From: Fimbriosthenelais zetlandica
Lineage: Eukaryota
DNA: 64,000 nt
Direction: 5' to 3'
Assembly: GCA_977030845.1 (NCBI GenBank)
Contig: OZ365109.1
Location: 52,576,001-52,640,000 of the forward strand
The notes under the pieces are model-generated. The model made no database searches and was not told where the DNA came from. It worked only from the letters and a program-made list of their open reading frames with translations. Below, piece by piece: positions 49,601-58,465 of this stretch; position 1 is the first letter of the stretch, and the number at the start of each line of letters is the position of its first letter. Position numbers and translations under genes: made by a program.

Positions 49601-52600
49601 TGGGTATGTATATTTTTAGATATGTATAAATATAGAATCCCAAAGCCGTCCAAAATTACTCTTTAGAAGGTCCCTCTCTATGGTAATTGGTGTTCATATC
49701 GTAAAAATCCCCCACAAAAAACAGATTCTGAGACTGTTAAATATTTGTTATGTCAGCGGGAACATGGTCAATATTGGGCCATGTGAGAGGTGGGGGCGTC
49801 TATGTATGTCATTCTATTACTGGCAGGCCAGGGTGATGCCAGCGAATATTAATTTCCTGCCGCAATTTTCCCTGTTTATTGAACTGGTTTGGCAAAATAT
49901 ATCAATCACGAAGGAGAATCAATATTGCAATGAAAATGAATGGTGATGAATACAGTCAGAAATTGGATCATGCAAATCTTAAATTTGACTATCATAAATA
50001 TCAATTCCTCTTTTTAATATAATAATCTTGCATAAAACAATAAACTCTGTGTAAAGAAAGTGGTGTCTATTCTTTAACATCTAGCTGTTGAATATGGAAT
50101 ATATAGCAATACCTTTTTACAATGAATATATTATGGTCCTAGATAATATCACTGGGAGGTATCAAGATGGTTTGCAAATGAGGTTCATTTGAACCACCAA
50201 CTAGAAAACAAGCATGCATACATTATCTTATCAGCATGAGAAAATGGAAATGGGACTTGTATTATAGCAGACAATTTGTAGCTAATTTATTACAACATCA
50301 AGTGTGATTCTTTTACAGGCCACACAATGCGCATCCCATCCATCAACCTGTCCCCATCTGACCCAACGTTATCCACTCCTCTTCAATCATAGCTAATAAC
50401 GACTTCCAGATGGCGAGGCCTGGCAGAGAAGCCACTCTGGAAGCCACGCTCCTAGCCGCACCAATTGTATACATTCACCCTGGGCGTCAACGAGGAGTGA
50501 GCAAACACAACAAGTGCTTTCATTTGTTGCTGCCATGTCAAATTGATATATCTAGGTTTATATGTATAGATGACGCCAATGATAACAACACAAGGCAAGG
50601 ACTGAGGGGATTCAAGGTGAGCGGGAAATAGAAGTGTTACGGGGCAACAAGGCAGTTACGAGCAGCTCACCTGGGGTTCTTTTACCTTGCTAGTGTTACG
50701 ATTTTGTTGGGCTAGCCCCAAGTTGTGTGACTGACTTTTCTATGGCCTCAGTTGCCACATCTGCCATACTAATAGCGAATCACCTACCAGACCTGTCCCA
50801 AGCTTTGTTTGGGTGCAGTAGCAGAATGCAAAGCTTGGGTGCAATTACGTAACTTACCAGACTAGCAGAGTTTCAGGGTCAACCTGGGCAAAAGGATTGG
50901 ATTATTGCATGTAGAGCGCAATATAGGCACCCACCATAGAAAGAAAACTCCTGCTAGTGCAATTACACAAGTTTGCATCAAATAAGGTAGTTGCGGCAGA
51001 AAATCTAGATGAGCAATATCATATCAAGGGAAACGATAGGTCAATGTGTTTGGAGAATTTGAAATATGCTCCTCAGATATGAAATCCATACGTCTAAGTG
51101 TCAGGGCACATTTGAATTATATTCACATGGTAAGTAAGCCTAAGGTTGTCTGAGTTTTGACAGCTTCCCATGTGTTAGGTTTCCACTGAAATAAGTTTCA
51201 TCTGGGTAGGAGGGATACCCAGGTGCGAAGGGAAAGTAGAGGGACAAGCCGAGGGGAAAAGATGAAATAAAATTCATTGTATCATATCATGTGCTTCAGT
51301 GCTCCTCTTCCCTGAACCCTGCCTGGGAATGCCAACTCGGATCAGGACGTCAGAAACTTTGACAGGGGTTTATTGCTCATAGCTGGTTTTAGTGAGCTCA
51401 ATTCATTGGCAGCCTCTGAAGTCATCTTCAGGGCAAAAGAACAGGGGGATTTCTTGAAGGCTTTCTTCCTAACTGAATGTTTCTCATGCTCAAATTTCTG
51501 CTGCTGTTATTTTAAAAGTCAACCTACCTATCAATCTTAGCTATATTATATTGCATACATACTGGTGCTGAAAAAAACATTGCTATTCAATGGACTCAAT
51601 GAAAATAGTGCTTTATGGTAAGTTTCTGCAAGAAGAAATTTACAATATATATTAGATTGACAGTAACTTACCTGATAAAACTGAGATGCAGGTTCATGAC
51701 TTGGCACAATGGTGAGACCCAGGCTTTGGTTGATCTCTTTCTTCACCCTGACATCTCTGACATGGAAGCCATTGGGAACCGCGAAAGAATTATCATTTTC
51801 AAGGTCAAAAGTCACTTCTGCCTGACCAGAACTCCTCTGCCCTGCTCGGTGGGTTTCACATTCAGTTCGTCGTCGGACCATGAGGATGACTCGGAGGGGC
51901 ATTTCCCGGAAGAAAGTCACTGTTTCTGAATAGGACACCTCTCTGAGAGGAGTCCCGTTCACTTCCAGTATCTCGTCTCCCACCCTGAGACCACAGCTTC
52001 CACCTGTGGCTCGCTCAGCCGCCCCACCCGGAGCCACTGACTCAACCCACACGCCCTTCACAAGGTCATTGTCCCCTCCTGTACTCTCTATACTCAAACC
52101 CATTCCTAGTTTCTCACCTGGAAGCCTATGTAGCACCAAAACTTCAATTTCTGTGTCATTAATATCATCAAGTAGATCGTGATCACTGACTACTGGTTCT
52201 GTTTTCCAAACAGTTTCTTGAGGTTCTTCTTCAGACTCATTTGCTGCGGTGATAACATTTTGACTATGTTGTGTTTGTTGTTGTTGTTGCGGTTCTTGAG
52301 GAACTACAGTTAAATCAGATTCAGCACCATTTGTTAAAGAGGATGAACTAACAGAGTAAGTTTCTGTCTCAATAGTCAAATCAGCCTTATCATCGGCCTC
52401 TACATCAGCCTGAGGAGGTTCATTGTCAACCACATTAATCCCATGTCTACTGGGGGAAGCTACTTTGACTGTGGTTATATTGTTCACATCAGAGAGTATA
52501 TTTGGCAATGAGTCACCATTTGTTATGCTATTAGTGGGCGACTCCAGCACCCCATTCTCCACATCCTGAGAGTTTCTTTTCAGCGACTGTTGTCTCTTTT

Positions 52601-53126
52601 TCCTCTCATATTTTTGCCTCATCTCCCACAGAAACTCTTTCTGAGGATCGAACTCTATATGGATGTCATCGATGTCTACCAATCGGTTTCGTCGCTTCTT
52701 CTTTGACTTCGAAGACACAGAAGTGATGTCGCTGGAGAGGGAGTCCCTGCTCCTGCTCTTTCTTCTGGCACTTTGAGAGTTGCTGGCCAGGTCTGTTGAA
52801 GAGGACGCAGCATCGCTTCTCTGGGAGAAAACTCCACTTTGTTCCCAGAAGCTGAAACCTTGTTCAGACAAGGGGCTGGCGAGTGGGAGTGAACTGGCAT
52901 AGCTGGAGTAGCTGGCATTGAGTTCGCTGATTGGCAGTGAGAAGCTCGGGTTTATGCCTTGTTTGTTGAGGTGGTCATCGTCCTCCTGAGGTTCTCCATC
53001 TTTGGCCAGGTCATCGTCTGCTCCTGGGTTGACGAATCCTCCCTCTACAAGGATAGGTTGGGGCCACGAGGGTGTACCGCCGGTCGTACCTGATATAGGC
53101 GCCTCAATGTCAGGAGGCTCTGAGTT
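7523..53126 (-). CDS. PDZD2/IL16: Spliced multi-PDZ protein gene, pro-interleukin-16 / PDZD2 / big bang family (at least 6 coding exons, at least 3383 aa, 5' end uncertain)
   Basis: Six exons join in frame (intron phases 0,2,1,1,1) with GT-AG introns of 21161, 8351, 4409, 1132 and 399 bp, and three PDZ domains are reconstituted only across the predicted junctions. C-terminal PDZ [33 protein letters not shown]...HFTAWSYLKSLPEGSIKLIINRK closely resembles the IL-16 PDZ as recalled (GLGFSLEGGKGS..GDKPLTINRIFKG...[23 protein letters not shown]). Which vertebrate paralogue is the orthologue cannot be resolved by eye. Confidence 0.9.
8077..8589 (-). CDS. PDZD2/IL16: Coding exon (513 bp, phase 1-1): linker with DEVD|S motif and first half of the IL-16-like PDZ-D
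   Basis: ORF 8042..8587. Acceptor ttttgttccag|ACGTG, donor TTCAAAG|gtaatt. Contains [26 protein letters not shown]. Confidence 0.92.
9722..13072 (-). CDS. PDZD2/IL16: Giant coding exon (3351 bp, phase 1-1): acidic Ser/Pro/Glu-rich disordered region, no recognisable domain
   Basis: ORF 9681..13121 (1146 aa). Acceptor atatttacag|AGGAG, donor GAAAAAG|gtaagt; phases match both neighbours. Confidence 0.88.
17482..17636 (-). CDS. PDZD2/IL16: Coding exon (155 bp, phase 2-1): second half of PDZ-C
   Basis: Acceptor ttttttccacag|AGTT, donor GAGAAAG|gtgagt. Reads (K)VGDYIVSLNGTELSGLADSRVQQSFRLLPRGLVRIVAS, which completes the PDZ begun in the previous exon. Confidence 0.9.
17950..22700 (-). mobile_element. 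Fragmented ancient LINE (CR1/L2-group-like): ORF1, APE and RT relics in order
   Basis: Reading on minus: NLRIEGQP / STCKDK / SEDA ORF1-like remnants (about 22500-22100), LSEFFKLADYNLTSVAETSF endonuclease-like (21450-21300), then GP(D) 18500, YRGVTL-like 18355, NGF 18230 and AF.VD 18150 RT-like motifs. Highly degenerate and interrupted by unrelated sequence. Confidence 0.4.
23300..23800 (-). mobile_element. Decayed LINE apurinic endonuclease relic (L2-like)
   Basis: SIAFISK (GGGVA-like position), FILLGDF (23491-23471) and QP....HTVTF (PT..GHTLDL-like) in expected order. Confidence 0.35.
25988..30510 (-). CDS. PDZD2/IL16: Giant coding exon (4523 bp, phase 0-2): rest of PDZ-B, about 1400 aa disordered linker, first part of PDZ-C
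   Basis: ORF 25984..30510 (1508 aa). Acceptor tcttttcag|GTGAAG, donor ATCAA|gtaagt. Starts VKFVLPDSVCNCEGGLEVGDRLLSYNG and ends IEVLKGIVGIGVEV...HPTGPVARNGNI(K). Confidence 0.92.
32450..33110 (+). mobile_element. Decayed LINE reverse-transcriptase relic, interrupted by the MITE
   Basis: Degenerate motifs in correct order and roughly correct spacing: Q..F (about 32470), KSNFD..I...RKYG (about 32550), MRQG.HLS (about 32790), YADD-like then VETDQAL (about 32890), VGLSARPKK (about 32985), KY(L)GIY-like (about 33075). Many stops and frameshifts. Confidence 0.45.
33114..33923. mobile_element. Non-autonomous Tc1/mariner-superfamily (Tigger/pogo-like) MITE, 810 bp
   Basis: Perfect 23-bp terminal inverted repeats CAGTGGAGTCCGCCTATAACGAA (33114-33136) and TTCGTTATAGGCGGACTCCACTG (33901-33923). 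TA target duplication at 33112-33113 and 33924-33925. Multiple subterminal TATAACGAA/TATAGCGAA repeats; no transposase ORF. Confidence 0.9.
36142..36360 (-). repeat. Diverged inverted member of the same repeat family
   Basis: AAACCATCAG...TCCCGCATG...CTCTGCAGTCCATAAAGCC (exact 19-mer at 36201-36219) is the reverse complement of the unit start. An internal direct repeat CGCAGTATACCACCGCG occurs twice. Confidence 0.8.
37060..37415 (+). repeat. Purine-rich (G/A) low-complexity tract
   Basis: Long GGA/GGGA/GAGA-rich run, for example gggaggggagaggggaggagggaggggaggggg at about 37269-37301. Confidence 0.8.
38235..38794. promoter_or_regulatory. Cluster of YY1-type (AAGATGGCGG) motifs with tandem ETS sites and E2-boxes
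   Basis: CAAGATGGCGG at 38235 (+), CCGCCATCTT at 38559 (-), and CAAGATGGCGGAAGTCGGAAGTG at 38772 (+, overlapping two CGGAAGT). A hairpin with three CAGGTG/CACCTG boxes lies at 38246-38271. Function unproven. Confidence 0.35.
39281..39925. repeat. Tandem duplication, about 264-bp unit x2 plus a partial third copy
   Basis: GGCTTTATGGACTGCAGAG starts at 39281 and 39545; the units are near-identical through GCAGTAGACCACCGGC (about 39540 and about 39801). A partial copy (TTAATACTACATCATC..TATAGTACTGTATATATG.CCCACTCC) follows at about 39880-39925. Confidence 0.9.
40383..40464 (-). repeat. Inverted copy of part of the 264-bp unit
   Basis: CGGTGGTCTACTGCATAAGCTCATAGGCAGAA.T.CCACAGTATACTTTTCCCATTCTATTTCTCCTCG is the reverse complement of about 39467-39538. 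Confidence 0.9.
41100..41700 (-). mobile_element. Decayed LINE RT relic
   Basis: TQGTLL (QG motif, about 41650) followed by ILLYANDDI (41583-41556), a WR.. motif and LADY. Confidence 0.4.
46600..46900 (-). mobile_element. Possible LINE RT C-terminal relic
   Basis: HLGLI (YLG-like) followed about 40 codons later by SVGSSEHRLEIW (VGS.L.YG.EIW-like). Weak. Confidence 0.25.
48998..49083. repeat. (AATG)6 microsatellite decaying into TGGA/TGAA repeats
   Basis: Six perfect AATG units at 48998-49021, then degenerate tggg/tgga/tgaa units. Confidence 0.85.
51672..53126 (-). CDS. PDZD2/IL16: Coding exon (1455 bp, phase 0-0): N-terminal region, complete PDZ-A (about 51867-52148) and first part of PDZ-B
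   Basis: Within ORF 51546..53159. Acceptor tattttcag|AACTCA, donor TATCAG|gtaagt. PDZ-A reads EKLGMGLSIE...VWVESVAPGGAA...LRVGDEILEVNG; the exon ends SLGLTIVPSHEPASQFYQ. Confidence 0.9.
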
Positions 53127-53804
53127 CTGAAAATATAAAATAGACAATATTTTAAACATTACATTATAACATATCTAAAATCTGAGTTATTAGATAATAC
53201 ACACAGTGCATACACTATACATAAGCAGCACTGTTGACTATATTTAGATTTGAGATTTTGAATACACTCAAGGGCTAACTGTATCATAAAAGGTGAAAAA
53301 TGGCAGAAGCACAAATCAGAAAATAGCTTTCTTAAGTTTCTTAGTGTTCTTGTGAGAAGAATGGCATTTGAGGAATGGGTCAATAATTGGTTGTTAAGGA
53401 GCAATTCTAAAACCTTCAAGCGGAATTGCCATACTTAAGAAATAAAGGACTTTTATCACTGCAGGGTATGTTGCTAAGGAGTTTAATACATATTCACTTC
53501 CAAGCATTAACTCGACCTGGAGTGTGCATTATCGAAAAGACTGTTATTTATCCCTTTTATGTACAAACGTTAAAACATTTAAATACCAATATCGTCAACT
53601 GAAGTAAGAAGTAAAATTCCAACAAGTCTGCAAAGCCCTCATCGTGTGGAGCATGAAGTTGGGAATAAGGGAAGAAATAAAGGTGGCACATCGTGACTAA
53701 GAAAAATTACCCTTGAAAGGCCATATCAATGATATATGGCTCTATTCAAAATTTAAATATATTAATCGTTGGGAATTTTTCTGCTTCATGTGTTGGGACT
53801 GGAG

Positions 53805-53910
53805 ACTGGAGATCGAGAGAAGACAGAGAGGGGCGTGAGAGGAGATAGAGAGAACAGAAAGGAAAGAGACGTACATGTATAGAATGACAGAAACAGAGAC
53901 CGAGAGAGTA
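53805..53910 (+). repeat. Degenerate (GA)n tract
   Basis: gagactggagatcgagagaagacagagagggg...gagatagagagaacagaaaggaaagaga. Confidence 0.7.
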
Positions 53911-56900
53911 CGGGCCATGTAGTGTTGACTGTATACCTTTCCATGAAATCCACTACTGTAGACATAAACCTTGTATGATTACCTCCTACAGGCGTACCTT
54001 TTGTGAACTTTTTTCTCCCCTGTGTTACAGACTCAATAAATACTGAAATTGGTCTCTGCGGGTAGGCGGTCCCTACCATGCCTACTCACAACACCCATTC
54101 ATGAGCTTTCTTCCACCTCTTTTTCCCCTAATGTTACCGCTTCTGTACTCCACCTAAATACCTTCCTTTCATTGCCAATCTGAAGTAACAGTCTTGATAA
54201 GAGCCTTCTCCCTCTGCTTCACCGTCAGCAGAATTCTCTCCCGCAGACATAAAACACCACGCTTTGATTAGCTCTCAGACCCATGTTAACATCAAGACAG
54301 GCATTTGACATTTAGTACAGCAATAGTAAACCTCCCTCTCCCCTATCTATATCTATTTCGCAAGATATCAATTAGATATTTTTGCCCTTTTCTCCCAGGC
54401 ATTTTTCCGTCGAGATGCATAACTTCGCCCCCGAGCTCCACCCTTTAAGGTATACGTTGATGAGAGGTTTTTTTCCATAAAGGTTTAGTGGAGGTAAACT
54501 TATTTCATGCCAGGCCACAGGTGAGCGAGAGGTGAGTCTACCAGCTGGGGTCCTCATTACCCACACCTGGCAACATAAGGCAAAAGTTTCCCATATTCCA
54601 TAAGCCCCCGTCTTAATTGAATCTCAAAGGTATGCGAGTGGAGTAGTCCACTCACCATACCCTACTCCAATCCATTGCCTTTTAACTCAACTGCTTGAGT
54701 CGGCACTCAAGCCCATCCTTTGAGCACTCAATCATGGTACACTGACCACTAACCTTGATTTTCAATTTTGAATTTTAACAACTTTCTGAGAAGCAAATGA
54801 AGCTTCATGAAAAATGTGAATTATATTCTATTTCTGTGTGAACCTTGACATTGTCATGGAACTGAACCCCCGACCTGCCAAGGGTCAGAAAGCATATTTA
54901 AAGGGTGGAGCCGGCATGCGGTGAACTTAACCTTACTGTCATTAAGTATCCTCCAAAAGCATGCTCTTAGATATTGGAATGAACATCTGAGACTTGCTAC
55001 AAAGGAACATGAGTCAAAGGGTGACATAGACAACTTTAGACATCATATCTCTCACATAAAGGTATGTGGGTTAAGAAGACAGTGTGGGGTGCGGGCACGG
55101 AGGGGTCACCAACTCACATTCACGTATTCTTTGCCTTGCGTGGACCATACAATGTACTGTATATATTCATATGTACCAACTCGTATATCAGCCTCAAGCA
55201 AATCACCCCAAGATAACAATGACATATCTAAAAGTTACTCCACTGAAAAACATCCGATATGCACACAGGTCTTTTACTAACACCCATCATTGAAAGAACC
55301 ATTTGTAATGAAAAATCCAAGAAAGCTGAGATAATTTTTGTCATCTTCCACCTGTCAGTCATTCCGCCATGGCCACAGGTGAGCAAATCCTTATAGATAA
55401 CAGTTTCTCTTCAAGAGGTGAATGCTTTTATTTGTCCGTAATACTCTGCACCTGTTCAATGTGCTCCACTTTTATTCCACGTCACAATACTGAAAGCCCA
55501 GAGGAAATTTTGTGCAGAAAAAAATTATAAAAGTTTTAATAGGTTAGTAATATATGGTATATATATACGGAAAGTTATTGAATTAGTGATAAGGGTGTTA
55601 ACTCCTATTTATATATTACCATATATTACACAAAATAATTATACCGGAGCAGATGAACCTCACTTGCCCTCTCCTGTAATGATTAACAATCTGTCATAAC
55701 AATGGTCAAAGTTAAGTGCAAAATATCATTGCAGTAAAAATCCAGCCATAGTTCATTACCATACAAAAGCGAATACAATGCTTTGGGCATTGATGGTACT
55801 TTATTTTTTTTCAGCGCTGCAGCAAAGCAGAATGTATGAAACTGCATTGTTGAAGGACAAAGGAATTGACATGCAGAATGATAGAGAATGCTTGAGAGAA
55901 AGCAAGCATTCACACTGAGAGAGACAGACAGGTGAATACATTTTATTCCTCATTCATTATTCCTGTCTACTCCAGGTCGTCCTCACGATATTTATTACCG
56001 ATCTAGAATATATGGCATAACCAATCGATCATGTCCCTACATCCATCTTTCTATTTTTCTTTCAGGAATATTCTTCCACAAAATGCCTTGACAATTCATC
56101 ATTATATTATGTATATCATCCCCATGATTTATGTTGACTATTACTGATAGCCCAGTAAGTGATATGCCTTTTTAGAACAGATACAAAACAGATCCATGTT
56201 GTTGCTCATTCCCTTCCCAGGCTTCTCAATCACTGATATTCTTGTTACTTACAAATGCTTAAAAATTATAAGAGATAACAGTCTCAAATATGCAGATAGG
56301 TTACTCCGTTCATTCATGCTCTATCTAGTCTGTTTTTATTAAGCCTGGCTTTTGAAAGATAACAATAGTTTGAGCCATCAAAAAATCAATACTGTGATTA
56401 AATGCACTATGATTGCATCTGCCAGTGACTTGGGGAATTATAATGGGTGCCCCAATAAATGGTCATTGCACAGCATAATCTAATATGCACAGGCAGGGGT
56501 ATCAATTGAGAGCAACGCAGCAATAAACATGGAATCAATGAATTCTGACTCAAGCACTTATAGACGGTCAATTGTCATGGTATCAGTACCTCAGGTCCTT
56601 GTTACAGTAACAAAGGCCCCAATATTGGGCATAACACATTGAATACATGGATACCTGTAAAATTATGTATGTATCATACAGGTTTCACTCAAAAATTGGA
56701 TATAGTAGTAAAAATGTGCTTTTATTCCCAACGATAAGAAATATACAGAATTGAACTTCCTCCATTGCAAGGCTAATCATTTGCCTCTATACTTCATAGA
56801 GTATTCATTTGGTCCCCCAGAAACATATTTTTCGAACTCAGAAAGGTTATATTTCTGCACAATTTTTGCGAGTAGAATATATATACCGAAATGAATAACG

Positions 56901-58432
56901 TTACTTATGAATGTTCAACTTATTTTTGATATTTCATCTCACATCACTAAATCTATCATACAAACCATACAGGATTGCATGTATACTTAGATATCGTTGG
57001 TGTGAAATCATTCTGAATACTGAACACATATTAGTACTCAGTGCATTATTCAAGCATAACAACATGAGTAAACATTAAAATGTTTCTATACGAAACAGAT
57101 TTTGTGCAATATTTAGTGGATGATATACTAGATGGATATAATGCATCCAGTGTATGGGAGTGTGGGAAAAACACCATTGTACTGTTTTTATGTAGCAGCG
57201 TGTGTGAAAGAGGTCTGCTAATATGATTGTGATGGTGATTTGGTAGAAAGGAGTGGCCTGCTGATGCTTCCATTAACCGAGGCCAAATTGGCAATTGATA
57301 TGTGTACTGCCCTAATAGGAAGCTGGACTGCAGGGTCATCGTCTGGCCATAGAACATAATGGCAACAGACCTTCGGTAAACATGTAAACCATGGGAAGCT
57401 ATAGGGGAATGTATGGCTATCCCAAGTTTCTGGGAACAATTTATGATCATAATTCACCTTACGAAATCTTACATTGTCTGCCAAAATTCATGTTTTGAGT
57501 TAATGTTTTTGTTTTTGTAAAGAAATAGTGAAAAAAGTTGTGAAGAAAGTTACATTTGGGGAAGTGAATCAACCTTAGTTGAGTAAATTTAATATCGTAA
57601 TTCAGCGTTGCCTGCACACTTCTTCTTTATTTTCGGTTGGGGGCGGTTGTTAAAAAAAGTCACATTTACCTTGGTAAATTTATAAGTGTAAAAACAAAAA
57701 GACATGAAGGAAGCAGGAACAGCTAGATATTTAAGTATAAAACTTTCACTCTCAACATGTTTCCCTTAAATGTTACATCACAGGTTTACTTGACAGGCTC
57801 ATACATCAAATCAAGATCTGAATCCACAACTTCCTGAGAAAAAAACCTAATACCCAGGTCAACATTTACGTTATGCCTTAAGCTTGTCTTCACTGATTAA
57901 AACGCCAATCAACAAGCTTTGTGAGCATAGCTGTAGGAGTTTTAGATCTAAGCAGGTACAAGGGGAACGTTCTGACAGGTAGGGTTGTGTGGGGAAATGG
58001 TCCGAGGGCATGGGGGTACCCCCTGTAGTTTCAAACATGGAACAAGAATGTTCCAATGAAAAGTTCAGGGTTCTTCCGATGGTATATGAATTGTACGAAT
58101 CGTCAGGGAAATATTTTGGCTCACCATGACAACTTTATATTAATAGCCACATTTAATTTTAACAAATGGTTACCACTAAGTGAGTGCCCAATACAAGTCT
58201 CAATGCAAAGTCATTCTATACTATTGCAAGTTAAATAGAATACCCGACAGATTTTTCTTTTCCTCGGGAGGAAGATCAAACCCTTCAGATAAACATTGTA
58301 GGGAGTCGATTGGAAAATGCACTTACCCCATCAGTGACAATTACCCCTTACATAACCCATTACATATCCTACCCCTCATCTAGGTCCAGTTAATCGCACC
58401 ACAAAGCCATTATGACTGAGTCCGGGTCTTAC

Positions 58433-58465
58433 CTTGATACAGCACTTGAACACCGCTGTACACAT
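58433..58465 (-). CDS. Candidate first coding segment MCTAVFKCCIK of the PDZ gene
   Basis: acaacATG context (A at -3), in-frame stop 8 codons upstream, strong phase-0 donor AAG|gtaaga matching the phase-0 acceptor at 53126. No homology support. Confidence 0.35.

Noticed and set aside
54399-54520. Plus-strand exon-like segment with strong acceptor (tttctcccag) and donor (cag|gtgagc)
   Set aside because: The most promising frame (HFSVEMHNFAPELHPLRYTLMRG...) hits a stop at cca-taa and the other two frames stop earlier. At most a non-coding antisense exon, with no further support.
55359-55378. Plus-strand CCGCCATGG Kozak-like ATG followed by a CAG|GTGAGC donor
   Set aside because: The nearest phase-compatible acceptors (about 55977 and 56068) give only short unrecognisable peptides, so chance is likely.
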